Assembly: GCF_001194135.2 (NCBI RefSeq)
Contig: NC_068983.1
Location: 159,949,541 to 160,013,540, forward strand
Origin: Octopus bimaculoides
Taxonomy: Eukaryota
Length of the DNA stretch: 64,000 bases
Reading direction: 5' to 3'
The notes under the pieces: model-generated
What the model was told of the DNA's origin: nothing
Seen by the model: only the letters and a program-made list of their open reading frames with translations
Database searches by the model: none
Made by a program: the position numbers and the translations under genes
Shown here: positions 50,690 to 63,379 of the stretch, in pieces
How the letters are laid out: each line of letters starts with the position of its first letter
Numbering within the stretch: the first letter of the stretch is position 1

Positions 50690-51495
50690 TTAGGTTGTCA
50701 AGAAAGTTCTTGCGGTTTTTAACCTTTAAATTCAGATGCATATATCTCGACTCAAACAAAACTTTATTAATCGAAATAAACACCATCAGAATCAACACAC
50801 TTTTGCCAACGCGAAACAAGTTTATTTATGCCAGTAGCATAAAAATCCTGGTGGCGGTGAAATCGTTGAAGGCGTGTTTGGCATCGTCTTAGTTTTTGAA
50901 GCATTTCTCACGCAGGAAGTTGTCGAGATGCTTGAAAAAATGGTAGTCAGTAGGCAAGAGGTCTGGTGAGTGTGGCGGATGAGGCAGAGTTTCGTAGCCC
51001 AATTCGTTCAACTTCTGCAGGGTCAGTTGTGCGACGTGCGGCCGAGCGTTGTCGTGGAGAAGAATTGGTCCTTTTCTATTGACCAACGCTGGCTGTTGTC
51101 ATTGTCGGAGATTCTTATGCATTTCATCCATTTGCTGACAGTACTTCTCTGCCGTAATGGTTTCGCCTGGATCCAAAAAGTTGTGATGGATGAGTCCGGC
51201 CGCAGACCACCAAACAGTCACCATGAACTTCTTTTGGTGCAACTTTGGCTTCGGGTAGTGCCATGGAGCTTCGCCGGCGTTCAACCACTGCGCTGAGCGT
51301 CGACGGTTTTCGTAAAGAATCCACTTTTTATCGCAAGTCACAATCCGGTCGAGGAACAGGTCATTCTTGTTGCGTAAAAGAAGGGAAGACGACACTTCAA
51401 AACGGTTTTTTTTTTGTTTGTCGTTCAATTCGTGCGGCACCCATCTCTCAAGTATTTTTGTTTTCCAATCTCTTTCAAGTGGTTGGAAATTGTCG
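50690..51495 (-). mobile_element. Mariner DNA transposon, DD34D, Hsmar1/cecropia-like; right TIR present, left part lost in gap 51496-51505
   Basis: TA followed by TTAGGTTGTCAAGAAAGTTCTTGCGGTTTTT, similar to the Hsmar1 TIR. PHEL, RIVTCDKKW, GPILLHDNARPH and HPPHSPDLLPTDYHFF; D2-D3 spacing is 34. Confidence 0.93.
50790..51495 (-). pseudogene. Mariner transposase catalytic domain with an in-frame stop at about 51099-51101
   Basis: Track ORFs 51099..51440 and 50889..51086 are in the same frame: ...MHKNLRQ*QQPALVNRKGPILLHD... Confidence 0.9.
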
Positions 51496-51533
51496 NNNNN
51501 NNNNNAAAGATAGTTTTAATGAAATGTACAAAT

Positions 51534-52118
51534 ACGTTTCAGATGGTGTAGATTCCGATTATATCGGCATTTACGGTGGAAAATCTTTAGGAGTTTCGGA
51601 AAATTCATACGAGGTTGCTTTATTTCCTCATAACCTTCAGAAAAATGGGTATATTTTAATGAAATTTTCTACGAGTACTTTTCAGAGTGTATAGCTTACG
51701 ATTATATCTGATTTTAATCCGAAAAATAATTGGTGGGAGCACATACATGCTGACATGCATCATATGTATATAGGCAAAAAGAAACTAGAAAGTTCGAAAA
51801 AAAAATGGTATGTATGTATGAATGCGTATACACATTTTTTTGTTCTTTTCATACTACGTTCAAATGTAATCGTATCCTACATCATCTGAAGGGTATCTGT
51901 AGGAAATTTTTATTCAAAACAAATGACTATTTTCTGAAAGTTATGAGGAAACAAAGCCGACCCGTATGAATTTTCAGAAACATCTCTCCTCATACTCTGA
52001 AATGCATTTTCACTACGAATCCCGATATAATCGTAATTTACACCATCTGAAACGTAGTAGTAGAACATTTCTTCAGAAAATATCCATTTTCTGAGAGTTA
52101 TGAGGAAACAAAGTCGTG
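51534..52118. mobile_element. Foldback/MITE-like element with long modular inverted repeats
   Basis: 51534-51704 is the imperfect reverse complement of 51866-52055 (ACGTTTCAGATGGTGTA...GAAAATTCATACG...TTTCCTCATAAC.TTCAGAAAA). The sub-unit recurs at 52056-52118. Confidence 0.7.
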
Positions 52119-53994
52119 GTGAGCATACCTGTGTAGGTATGCTGAATAAAATGAAACAGAGTTACTTGGTGTTTAAACGAAAGCTATCCATGATGGCATC
52201 CAGCTGGTGTCTTTCAAAACTACGGTTAAGATCATGTGACCGTGAAGTTTGACTAAAATATTTATTTTATTTCTGCACTAAACAGTCACTCAGTTGCTCA
52301 GGAATTTGAATATTTCTTTGACTTGTTTATAAGGATTCATAAAAGATAATGAAAACTTGTGATGTGAATAGACCCAGACAATGATTATTTCATCCTTCTT
52401 GCAAGAATTCCCATTTTTTCTCTAGGATAAATTAATGGGAAAGGGAATTATATCATACCACTCACTTTGTACAGTGTCCAAACTAAATGTGTTGGAATGC
52501 TCATGCGAGGTGTCCTTTTTCTATAAATATTATATAACATTGTTCAGTAGAAGAATAACTATCATGTCAATAATGTTTTTATTAACATTACCCAAATGGT
52601 ATCTAGTTTGCTAATAATCTGTCTAAAAGTATGATCTTCAGACAGGTCATTAGCGTCTACATCAGAAAAATAAATCGCAACACAAAAGAGATTTAAATGG
52701 AATTTAAGAATTTTGATTTCATAATATCGTAACAAATGATCTCATAAAAGCTAAAATGAACTACTTAAATGTTCTTAAGAAGTAAAGCTACAATCAAATT
52801 ACCGTTCACTTTTATCGTTTGATCACAATGAAAAAAAAATCACTAGCGTCAGAATGGTTGTGTCAATAAGATCCTGCAACTGTTTGCTGAGAATAAATGA
52901 ACCAAACCAGTTTAAATTATTGAGAAATTATTTAACCTTCTTTTTATTACTCTTTGTACAATTCCAAATAAATTTAGCTGAAAGACAAGAGTTAACTTAA
53001 ACTACTGCTAATACTTACCAAGGATGAGAGTTTAATTGGCACGGGAAAAAAAGTAGTTTGAATTATCAGATATCTTGTATGTCGATATGAACAAAAATAT
53101 AAAAATATATGATGAAAGAGAATGTAGTTCTTGCACGTAACAAGGCAAAACAATAAAATGTTGGTAGACTACTATGGCAAAGATTAAATACGGGGAATAA
53201 GATTAAAAATGCCATACAGAACATGTAACTAAACAATAGATCAAGAAATATGGGTTTAAAATATAACTGGCAATATGGTATAAAATTACAATTAATATAA
53301 ACTCAACCCATCGTTTAAAGTGGACATATTTCCTACACTGAATAGTTAAAATAGTCATTCGCTATAACATGAGCATCCACAATCGAATGAAATATGTGCT
53401 CTAATGTAGATGTTCATAATAAAAGTATCTCGTTAAAAAACAGACGATATTTAATCTATTTCTTCCTGACATGCAAAGAAATTTCAGATAACTTATATTC
53501 TATCTAGTTCTTCAACGAAATATCCTAGATTGTTGTTTTCTGTTAAACAGTACATTAGTTTTCAAATAAAGTGCTTTCTATTTATAAAACTTGAAACATG
53601 CTTCAAAGCATTTAAATTGAAGTATTTTCTTCATAAAAACAGCTTTTCTTTCGTATGATTTTATAATATTTTAATAGTTATTAGAGATTCAGATAATTTT
53701 ATTTTTGCCGAAAATTGTATTGATTATTTTCCTTTTATATTTCTGCCGATGTCAACGCAGAACATTATCCATTAAAGTCTCCAAGCTTAGCTCTCTCCTG
53801 TAATGGATTATTTTTTCCACTTCAAACATAATTCTTTGACTGCTTTCCACAGGATTCGATTTATGGATTTAGGCTCCGGCAACACATATTTTTATTCTTG
53901 AAGCAAGGAAAAATTACGCACAGCTATATGTATATATGTATCTATGTAATTTATTGCAGAAGAATACAGTTATATACAAAGCCTGAAGTTCACA

Positions 53995-54078
53995 CACACA
54001 CGCACGTACACACACACACACACACACAGACACACACACACAATCTATGAATATGCGTGTTCATGCTTGTGCGTCTGC

Positions 54079-54110
<32 letters not shown>

Positions 54111-54428
54111 NNNNNNNNNNNNNNNNNNNNNNNNNNNNNNNNNNNNNNNNNNNNNNNNNNNNNNNNNNNNNNNNNNNNNNNNNNNNNNNNNNNNNNNNNN
54201 NNNNNNNNNNNNNNNNNNNNNNNNNNNNNNNNNNNNNNNNNNNNNNNNNNNNNNNNNNNNNNNNNNNNNNNNNNNNNNNNNNNNNNNNNNNNNNNNNNNN
54301 NNNNNNNNNNNNNNNNNNNNNNNNNNNNNNNNNNNNNNNNNNNNNNNNNNNNNNNNNNNNNNNNNNNNNNNNNNNNNNNNNNNNNNNNNNNNNNNNNNNN
54401 NNNNNNNNNTATATATATATATATATAC
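53995..54428. repeat. (CA)n, (TA)n and N gap (54111-54409)
   Basis: Read directly from the sequence. Confidence 0.9.
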
Positions 54429-55281
54429 GAGTTAGGGTACTTGCGCCTTCATGTGTATGTCTATTCATAACTCTGTATTGAATGGTTCAAGTGCGATCAT
54501 CTAATACAGCGATTTCAAACGACCACTACCGCGAAATATTCATAGGGTACAAATAATATAAACTTTTCTTTATCATAATCATAATTTCTCCCATATTTGC
54601 TCTGTATACATAACCATTAATACTGTTAAGTATAGAGGTAACCACTCTATTATATAGAAGCAGACTGGATAATAATAATTTATGTGGAGACCTAAACTCA
54701 ACAGTAGAGCTCGTAATATAATTGTACATTCAAGATATACCTATCCATCTACCTGTATATATGTAACTTAAAATAAGAGGATTCAATACATACACGCGTT
54801 TCAAAGGACAATACCAATATGTAAGAAAAAAATTATAATCATAGTAATTATTATTAAATTTATGCATTATCATTCTCATCAGTGTGAAGAATTTTTGGAA
54901 GGACATTAAACAAGATTCAATGAAATAAAGTAAATTAAATCAAGATACAATAAGGGAGAATACAAACGGGGTTATAGGGAAAAATCGAATATTTACAAGA
55001 AAGTTGTAAATGAGAAAAATAACAGTAATAACAATAGTGAGAGAGACAAACGAGAATAAAAGACACACATATCAATGTGTATGCACGTCTATATGCGCCG
55101 TAAACTATAATATAAGAATAAGAATAAAGATCTAACGGATATGTTTAAAAAATGTGTTAACAAGTGGAGACGAGGACTAATGTAAACAGGACCACGTGTG
55201 TATAGTAGAACATAACGTAACACGTCCACTAGCATAAAAAAACATAAAGATTTATACATATACATATTAATATTGAAAAAC

Positions 55282-55284
<3 letters not shown>

Positions 55285-55328
<44 letters not shown>

Positions 55329-55397
55329 TACATCCGTACATGCATACATACATACATACATACATACATACATACATACATACATACATACATACAT
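55285..55397. repeat. (TA)n(CATA)n microsatellite
   Basis: Read directly from the sequence. Confidence 0.95.
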
Positions 55398-56089
55398 AGG
55401 ACGAATTATATTAGCTTTCGAAACACTAATGTTATAAAGTAATTCGTACATAGCTGTTTTAGCAGTGGTGTTGACTAACTCCGATTTAGTTTCGGATTTA
55501 GAATTTTCATAAAAATTCTTCCTTTGCTTTTTGTTGCTGATCATTCTCCTTTATTGTGAGGGAAAAGAAAAAAAAATACTTTGAATTTTCTAGTGGGACA
55601 TTTCATAGAGCTAAATCTTCGATTTGTTACTTACATAACATAACCTGATATATTTATTTTGATACTGTTTGGCTGACATAGCTTTCATTTGCATTGTGGG
55701 TATGTGATACAGTAAATGAGAAATTATGTTCTAGAATTAATAATTGCATTAGTCTTTACTACTTTCTTATTCTTGAACTTTTTCGTTTTGTGACGTTCGG
55801 TGGGTATATTTCAATCCAATATTCGAATGTTTCCTATGCTAATCCATGGTGGGTATTTGTGTAGAAGATGGTCAGATCGAAACTAACCGGAATTGCTCCT
55901 ATATTTACTATTTTTGGAACGTGATTTATTAAGTCAATGCCATCATACATATGTTGTATGGACGTCCTCCACACTCCACATGTAAAGATTCCTTAACTGT
56001 CTGGTTTAAAATGAAACTCAATGATACGCAAGACCAACATGAAGTATTCAAAGAATTTCCTGAAAATAATTTGAGAAACATTATGTAAA

Positions 56090-57400
56090 TTGGTTCCCAG
56101 TTTAATCAGAGATATCAAGGAGATCCAAAACCACATTCCAGAAAGAGTAAATATAGAAATGATCCTGATCAGTTTCCATGTTACTAACCTCTACACAAAC
56201 ATGACCTTTGGAGTAAGATTAAAACAAGTAAAATTCTGGATACACAGAATGCAGGAGAAATTTCCTCAAACATTTATTCTAGAAGAATTATGGTTAGGTC
56301 TAGAAAAGAACTAGTTCTTTAATAACCAATACTATCTTCATATATAAGGGATGCTGATTGCCGCAAAATTTGGCCCCACGATTGCAATACAGGTGACTGG
56401 GTTCTATGCACAGCTTGGAATTACTTTTAATGTGCAGTTCCAATCCTAACTGAACATGACTACTGGACGACATTTTAAAACAGGGGTATGAGAGATCTTA
56501 CAAAATCCCTGAAATTAATAAATAGTGTTCATGAATCGATTCAATTCTCTATAGAAATGAATGAAAGGGAACTTCTGTTTTTGACATTTTATTAATTAAG
56601 GAAAATGAGGCAATTAATACGGATTTCTACTACAAAGACAGGGAGACACATCAGTACTTAGATTTTAGATCTTGTCACTCATTGAATGTTAAAAGAAATG
56701 TCCCTTTTAACATGACAGATGTAAATTATCAACAGATGAGAGAGTCGACTAACAGAACTAAAACTATTCTTTCAGAAACATTATTACCCTCAAAAACAAA
56801 GTAAAAGAGGTCCCAATCTCGAACTGACAAAAACTTCCCACGATGTAGGAGAAAATATACGCAAAGCATAAATATCACATTTGTAGTCACCTATAATCTC
56901 AGAAACTGTAATATCTTACATGCGGCTAAATGCCACCTTCCGATATTACAACATTCACGAAAATTCATAAAAATAATTAAAGAATCAGAGCTGAAGGTAA
57001 CCATGAAAATATTAACTCTTAACAAAGACCAAATTCCTATGAAGATATAATATCGAGAGTTTCATTATGAAACTTGAAATTAATTGAACATGGCAAAACC
57101 AAAATTTCACGAATAGAAAGGAGTGAAGCTTAATGCAAATATGAATAGTAAAATAAAACGAAATCGTTCACTACATCAATGCCCACGATATATTGAGAAT
57201 TATATTGGACAAACAAGCTAAAACTTAATACAGCAGGTTTGAGTTTATAAGCAACAAATTAAAGCTTCATCTCTTAGAAATGTTCAGTTAGTGCAAATGG
57301 AAAATTAGATACACCATTTTCACATTAAAGGAAGAAAACAATCAACTACGAAGTGCACTCTATAAGAAATAGTCAACACCAACTACTAAAACAACTACCT
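56090..57400 (+). mobile_element. Third Penelope-like element, heavily decayed (RT + GIY-YIG)
   Basis: LISFHVTNLYTNM, FILEELWLGLEKN, GMLIAAKFGPT, FSIEMNERELLF, TDFYYKDRETHQYLDFRSCHSLNVKRNVPFN and ENYIGQTS. Confidence 0.8.
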
Positions 57401-57624
57401 CTACACGAATTTCTCGACAACACGTGTATTTGAAAAGCTAAAACCAGCGAAAATCGCTTAATTCAACACAAAAACTTTCATCCATAACGTCTGTGCCGTT
57501 CAGTTTCGTTTTTGACAATTTATTGAGCACGACATTTTATTTTATGTTAAGAAAAATCTTTCAAATTCGGTGACTGTTTCAAGAATATTTTCTAAAGACT
57601 ATATGCACATATATTTATCTGCAA

Positions 57625-57806
57625 CACACACACACACACACACACACATATTTACATATATATANNNNNNNNNNNNNNNNNNNNNNNNNNNNNNNNNNNN
57701 NNNNNNNNNNNNNNNNNNNNNNNNNNNNNNNNNNNNNNNNNNNNNNNNNNNNNNNNNNNNNNNNNNNNNNNNNNNNNNNNNNNNNNNNNNNNNNNNTATA
57801 TATATA

Positions 57807-57851
<45 letters not shown>

Positions 57852-57865
57852 ATGTGTGTGTGTGT
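57625..57865. repeat. (CA)n(TA)n - N gap (57665-57796) - (TA)n(TG)n
   Basis: Read directly from the sequence. Confidence 0.9.
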
Positions 57866-58959
57866 ATCTTGTAATGCGCATAAAACGCGTATTATTTAAG
57901 TATGCGTAAGATCGTTGTAATGTGTAAGCATTCCGTTGTCAAAAGAATGTCTAGTTACTGGATGGAGGTTCACCAGCTCATATTCCATCATCGAATTTGC
58001 GAAGTGTTAGAAGCTAAGATATTCATCTCTCAAATGACTGATTCTATACAATTATAAATACGATTGAATGGCTGTTAGTACTTTTTGCTCGAAGTATCAG
58101 TTAAGTATAAACAATGACTGTTTGGTAAATGCTAAGTTTAAATCCTTCAATGGCTTGCGCCTCCATATTCGATTGAATCTTGTGACTAACTTATGCTTGT
58201 GTATGTAAATATAACTGTCTGTACTATTGTAAATATAAACATAGCTCTAGATTACAACTAAGATTTTTTTTCCAGAGATCATTAAAATTCTGTAATTATT
58301 CGAAAAGTTTTACTTTATTTAAACTATAAGTTTTTATCCATATTATTCTCAACGTATCTCGTGTTTATTTTGAAAGATTTGTGCTAGTGAATCAATTACA
58401 ATACTAAAGTAATTTGCGAAGGCTAGCAATTGTAGCTGATTCCAAATTTCCTATATGTGGCGAAGTGTCCAAACTAGCAAACGAACGCTATTAGTCTATA
58501 AATACAGTTAACTAAAGTAAACCTCATCCATCAACGACTTTAATAACATTATTGAGACCTGCTTTATATAATTATTTATTCCTAGAATCTACGCTACCAC
58601 GTCAACTATACCTAACTATAGTACAGCAGTTGTGCCCTTGTACATATCTTTAATATGGCATATTAAGTACAGCTAACACTAAAAATCTAGTGGGTAGTAA
58701 AATCCATTAAAGACTGTTAATCAAAAGTTAACAATACAACATCAACTAGAATCCCTTTCAACAATACTTTACTAAATCCGAAGGTATATCCATGAGTTGC
58801 CCCAATGTGTTATGTTTACTATGAATGCAATTATACAGTGATAATTAGCAATCAATGTATGAAACTATCAATATATCAGCTTAGAGATTGTTTACGTTAT
58901 GATTAAGAACAGTAAGTTGTTATTGTCATAGGAATCGTTGCCAACGTCCAGTATACTGA

Positions 58960-59146
58960 TTTTAAATTTTGGCACAACAATTTCGGAGGAGGAGATAAGT
59001 CGATTACATGGTTTCCACTGGTATTTATTTCATCGATCCTGAAAAGATGAAAGGCAAAGATCACACTTGGCAGGATTTGAACTCAGAACACAAAGACGGA
59101 GGAGATGCTACTAGGCGTGCAAATGATTCTGCTAGCTCGTCGCCTT
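58960..59146 (-). mobile_element. SINE family A copy with internal deletions
   Basis: AAGTCGATTACAT...CATCGATCCTGAAAAGATGAAAGGCAAAG...TTTGAACTCAGAAC...GATTCTGCTAGCTCGTCGCCTT. Confidence 0.82.
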
Positions 59147-59286
59147 CCATTAGTTATATATCAATTTCAAGATGAAAATTAAACCGAAATATACTTTTTA
59201 GGTGTGAGAATCAAAAATTAGAACAATATGTTAAATTATTCATTGATTAACGAATTGTAAGAGAGATATTCAGCAACAGTACGTTG

Positions 59287-59443
59287 GAGGGAAGATTTTT
59301 GCCAGCATAACATGGCAGTCTAAAATATAAGGACACAGATCGTATCGTATAGCCAGCTGGAGACGATGTCTCCTGGGGCTAAATTACAGCAACATTCGTC
59401 CTGAACCAGGATTGCTATGTTATGTTGGCAAAACTCTTTACTT
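59287..59443. mobile_element. MITE-like short element with 24-35 bp terminal inverted repeats
   Basis: TTTTGCCAGCATAACATGGCAGTC (59297-59320) pairs with GATTGCTATGTTATGTTGGCAAAA (59410-59433) with 3 differences, all G.U-compatible. Confidence 0.5.
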
Positions 59444-60143
59444 TAACGAACTGTGTTATTTCAAGGCCAACTGGTATAACCTCTACATAAAATGCCTTTT
59501 ATTAAATCATTCATCTAATGAATATACTTAATGTATTCCAGAAACTATACTAAAATTTGTAGAACCATTCATACATTCATTAATAATGGCTACGCTCATT
59601 CATTTTTGAGAATATCTCAACGAAATTCAAAGAGAAAATCCGGAAACAAAGTAATCACATTGTGACCCAAAATATCCAAATAAACATTAAAAAGTAAATA
59701 GACAAAGTACATGATAAACCAACTACGATCATTCATTATAAAGCAGCCAACAGTAACATGCTAACTCATGCAAAAGTAATGAGTGAGGTTTAGCGATGTT
59801 CATGCCAATATGATAGTTGCCAATTACGAAAAGTAATTGAAGTAATTTCAGTTGTGGAAACTTGCCCAAATCTCACTAGACACACTTTTATGCAATTGTG
59901 GCATGAGAAATCTTACAAACGCACCATATCTATACATATCACCTAATTAGACAGAAATAGCTTTATTGTTAACACGATATTCGTAAAGTAAGATTACATA
60001 ACAGCAGAAAAAATTGACAAATTAGCGTTATTAAAATAGAAGTACCTACCGTAAAAATACAACACTAAACATTGCGTAATTAATTCTGGTTATATAATAC
60101 TAAACAGACATATATGAATATGTATGAGTCTATATATATATAT

Positions 60144-60290
60144 ATCGACCCCAAGACTTTTTTCTTTGTAAGCCTAGTACTTATTATATCGGTCTCTTTT
60201 TCCCAGCCGCTAAATTACGGGGGCATAAACACACCAGCATCGGTTGTCAAGCGATGGCAGGGAGACAAACAGAAACACATAATTATACAC
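60144..60290 (-). mobile_element. SINE family C 3' half (inverted copy)
   Basis: Reverse complement TTGTCTCCCTGCCATCGCTTGACAACCGATGCTGGTGTG...GGCTTACAAAGAAAAAGTCTTGGGGTCGAT matches 36179-36290. Confidence 0.85.
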
Positions 60291-60302
60291 ACACACACAC
60301 AT

Positions 60303-60343
<41 letters not shown>

Positions 60344-60348
60344 CATAC

Positions 60349-60392
<44 letters not shown>

Positions 60393-60403
60393 ANNNNNNN
60401 NNN

Positions 60404-60610
60404 TTGTCCTCCCACCATCGCTTGATAACCGGTGTTCGTGTGCTTACGTCCCCGTAACTTAGCGATTCGGAGAAAGAGACCGATAGAATAAGTCCTGGGC
60501 TTACAAAGAATAAGTTTTGGGATCGATTTGGTCAATTGAAGGCGGTGCTCCAGCATGGCCGTAGTCAAATCACTGAAAGAAGTAAAAGAATACAAGAATA
60601 AAAGAATACA
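60404..60610 (+). mobile_element. SINE family C 3' half with (AAAAGAAT)-type tail
   Basis: TTGTCCTCCCACCATCGCTTGATAACCGG...GGCGGTGCTCCAGCATGGCCGTAGTCAAAT. Confidence 0.88.
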
Positions 60611-63379
60611 TATGAGAATTGATGAGCGCCTCAAATATAATAGATGACTGTTTTTAACGTTGTCGCCGCTTTTTTAGTATTGCGATGATCCTAAAAATTG
60701 GTGAATATCGGCATTTTCAAACAAATATCTTACAGACAAGTGAGAGACAGAACATTGAAAACCAGAGTACATAGCTAATACGTTGTTGCCGACTTAGTTT
60801 AAGTTCGTATCTTTATAATTCCACATTTTTCTTTCGATTCTGGCTGGGTACTGCTTTCATATGAAAGGGCAGTGTGGCGTGACAGTGAAGAACTATTGAC
60901 TAATTGGCAGCGGCAAAGTGAAATCTGAAAACGAGTGAGCGTGAAGCTAGTTGCTAGTGGTGTATTTGGGAGTTAGAATAAAAGAAAGGAAGAAAGTTTG
61001 ATCAGCTGATGCAATAGTGAACTGGTAGAAGAAAAGTAGAGTTAAGATTTGAAAATTGTGACAAAAGTGAGTATAGATTGCAAAATGTTAAAAGCTGCTT
61101 GCATTTAGTCGTTTATTAGAATAAAGGTAGCTGCTTTTGTACTTAGTGAGTACCAATGCTTACCCAGTGTTGAGATGATTATGCAAGGCATTTGGTGGTT
61201 TACTCTTCATACATAGCTTTACCACTATTTTATGTAATGCTTTTTCAGCCAGTCATACATTAACTCACCAAACTATACATCATGTTGCTGTCTAAGCAAG
61301 ATGAATAATGCCTCTATATGTGTCGCCAACATTGCTACTTCATGTTCTGTCTTTTCGCTTGGAAAAGCCTTTGAACGTGTAAGCACTACCTAAGCTGCTG
61401 CGATATTCCTGTTGGACTGGTAAAAATGTAAGATACAGCCTTTATCAATCGAGACATCTTTAACCCTAATTCTCCATGTCAAATGTTTATTATTGCTGGG
61501 TGTGATTTATAGCTTCACCTGGTTGCAGGATGTTGTGTAACCTTTTGCTGTGAGTGATTGCTGCACTTCACAAATTCAGCCCCCCCCCCCCAGCTCCATA
61601 AAACAGTTCCTCAAATGTATTCAGCAAGGATTTCACCTGCCTTGAAATACTGCTCCTGGTCTTTAACGAACAAAATCGGTCATTTCGAATTGGATGTTCA
61701 AGATTTCATGTAACGCCTTTTTGTGGAATGTAAAGATATTTTGTTGCTAAAGTCAAGGTAAGATTTTATTTTTGCGCTGTTCTTTTCCATTTCAATTTGC
61801 ACGTTAATATTATTACATGATGTTTCTGCTGAAGACAACATTTTTTTTCTATTGAACTTTTAAAGCAAATAGTTCGTTCAGAGAAATACATCTGAGACAG
61901 ATGACAGCCTCCAGTGATTATTCGTTCAAGTAAATTTCAATGTTTCATGCTTTGCAATGTGAGATAACTGACATATTGACAATCACCTATATCCCCTTGA
62001 CGTATATAGATTTAGGCAATGCAATTTCCTTCAATCAACTATCAACATTTAATTAACCAGAACAGTTTGTGACTGTATCCCTGTTGTGCTCTTGTTACGT
62101 AATTTAATTTGTAAGATGTAAAATGATTCTTTCAAACTTCATATTGAAAATATTTGACAATTTCCATTTCTCTTTCTTTTTTATAGATACGTCATTTCTT
62201 CATACTGACACTAACTTTATATAAACTCTTTTATTTTGATATGATCTAGGGTATTTAATAACATGGATTGACAGGCTCGAAACAGGTATATTAAAAATAC
62301 TTGTTTAGTGACCATGCGAGATCTGAAAGATACAAATTTACTCTGGTGGAATTTTTATTCAGAAACTACATTTACATCAATGAAGAACTCTATATGGCAA
62401 TGGGACGCTCACTGAATGATAATATTTATTTTAAATGATAATATTTATTTTACAAATTAGCATTTACTTCGCAGCTTCATCAAAACCGACTTTCAAACCG
62501 GTTTTGTGGAACATTGGGAGGTACTATTTATTTTTTACCTAAAAATCATGCGCCGAGTTCTTTGGTTGATTTCATATATTTAAAAACTTCTTTATATATA
62601 AAAATTACTATATAAAGACAAAAATATCCAAAGTCATGAAAAAGTTGCAATTGAAGTTCTACAAATAATAACTAATTAAATTAAACCTGGAATATTTATG
62701 ATATCTGTTTGATCTATTTAAGTCAGTGTAATTAAAATTTGATCATTCCTACAGGAAGGAATTTTAGCTGACAAGTGCTTTGACAGTACAGTTCACTCCG
62801 TGGAAACTGTACTGAAGCTTGTGAAGTAGATTGTATTCTTGGTTTTTCTGACAAAAACAAAACTATAATTGCCAAGGGCAGGGATAGTAACTGGTTATCT
62901 GTGCATCATATTATATATAATGATTTACAGCAATGAATATTCGGGTTTATCTGTGAATACATTTTTATTGATTTATCAATGCACAGAAATATGCATATTT
63001 TTGTGCACGAAGTATTTTTATATTCACAACGTAAACCAGATTATTCTGCTAGTAATGTAAAACATTCCAATTTATTTATTTATTTTTAGATTACATATGA
63101 TATAATTGATATATTTTTTTTATATAAAATACCACATAAAATATTGCTAAATCACGATTTCTGTGTCTGACGTACAAAAGCTACATAAAACATAAGTATA
63201 AAATAAATTGTAATATATCACGTGACTTACATTATTCTAAAACATTTCTGAAAATATATAGCATTATATCAATATCAGTCCTTTTTACTTCACCTTTCAG
63301 ATTTATTTGAGAATATTTTTCTGTAAATCCCAAACAACAAATAGGAATCAAATTATTTCCTCTATATGTTCGCTTGTGT

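Noticed and set aside
8726-60403. N gaps mostly flanked by (TA)n or other simple repeats
   Set aside because: Typical short-read assembly failure at microsatellites, so technical rather than biological; it limits interpretation of junctions that contain gaps.
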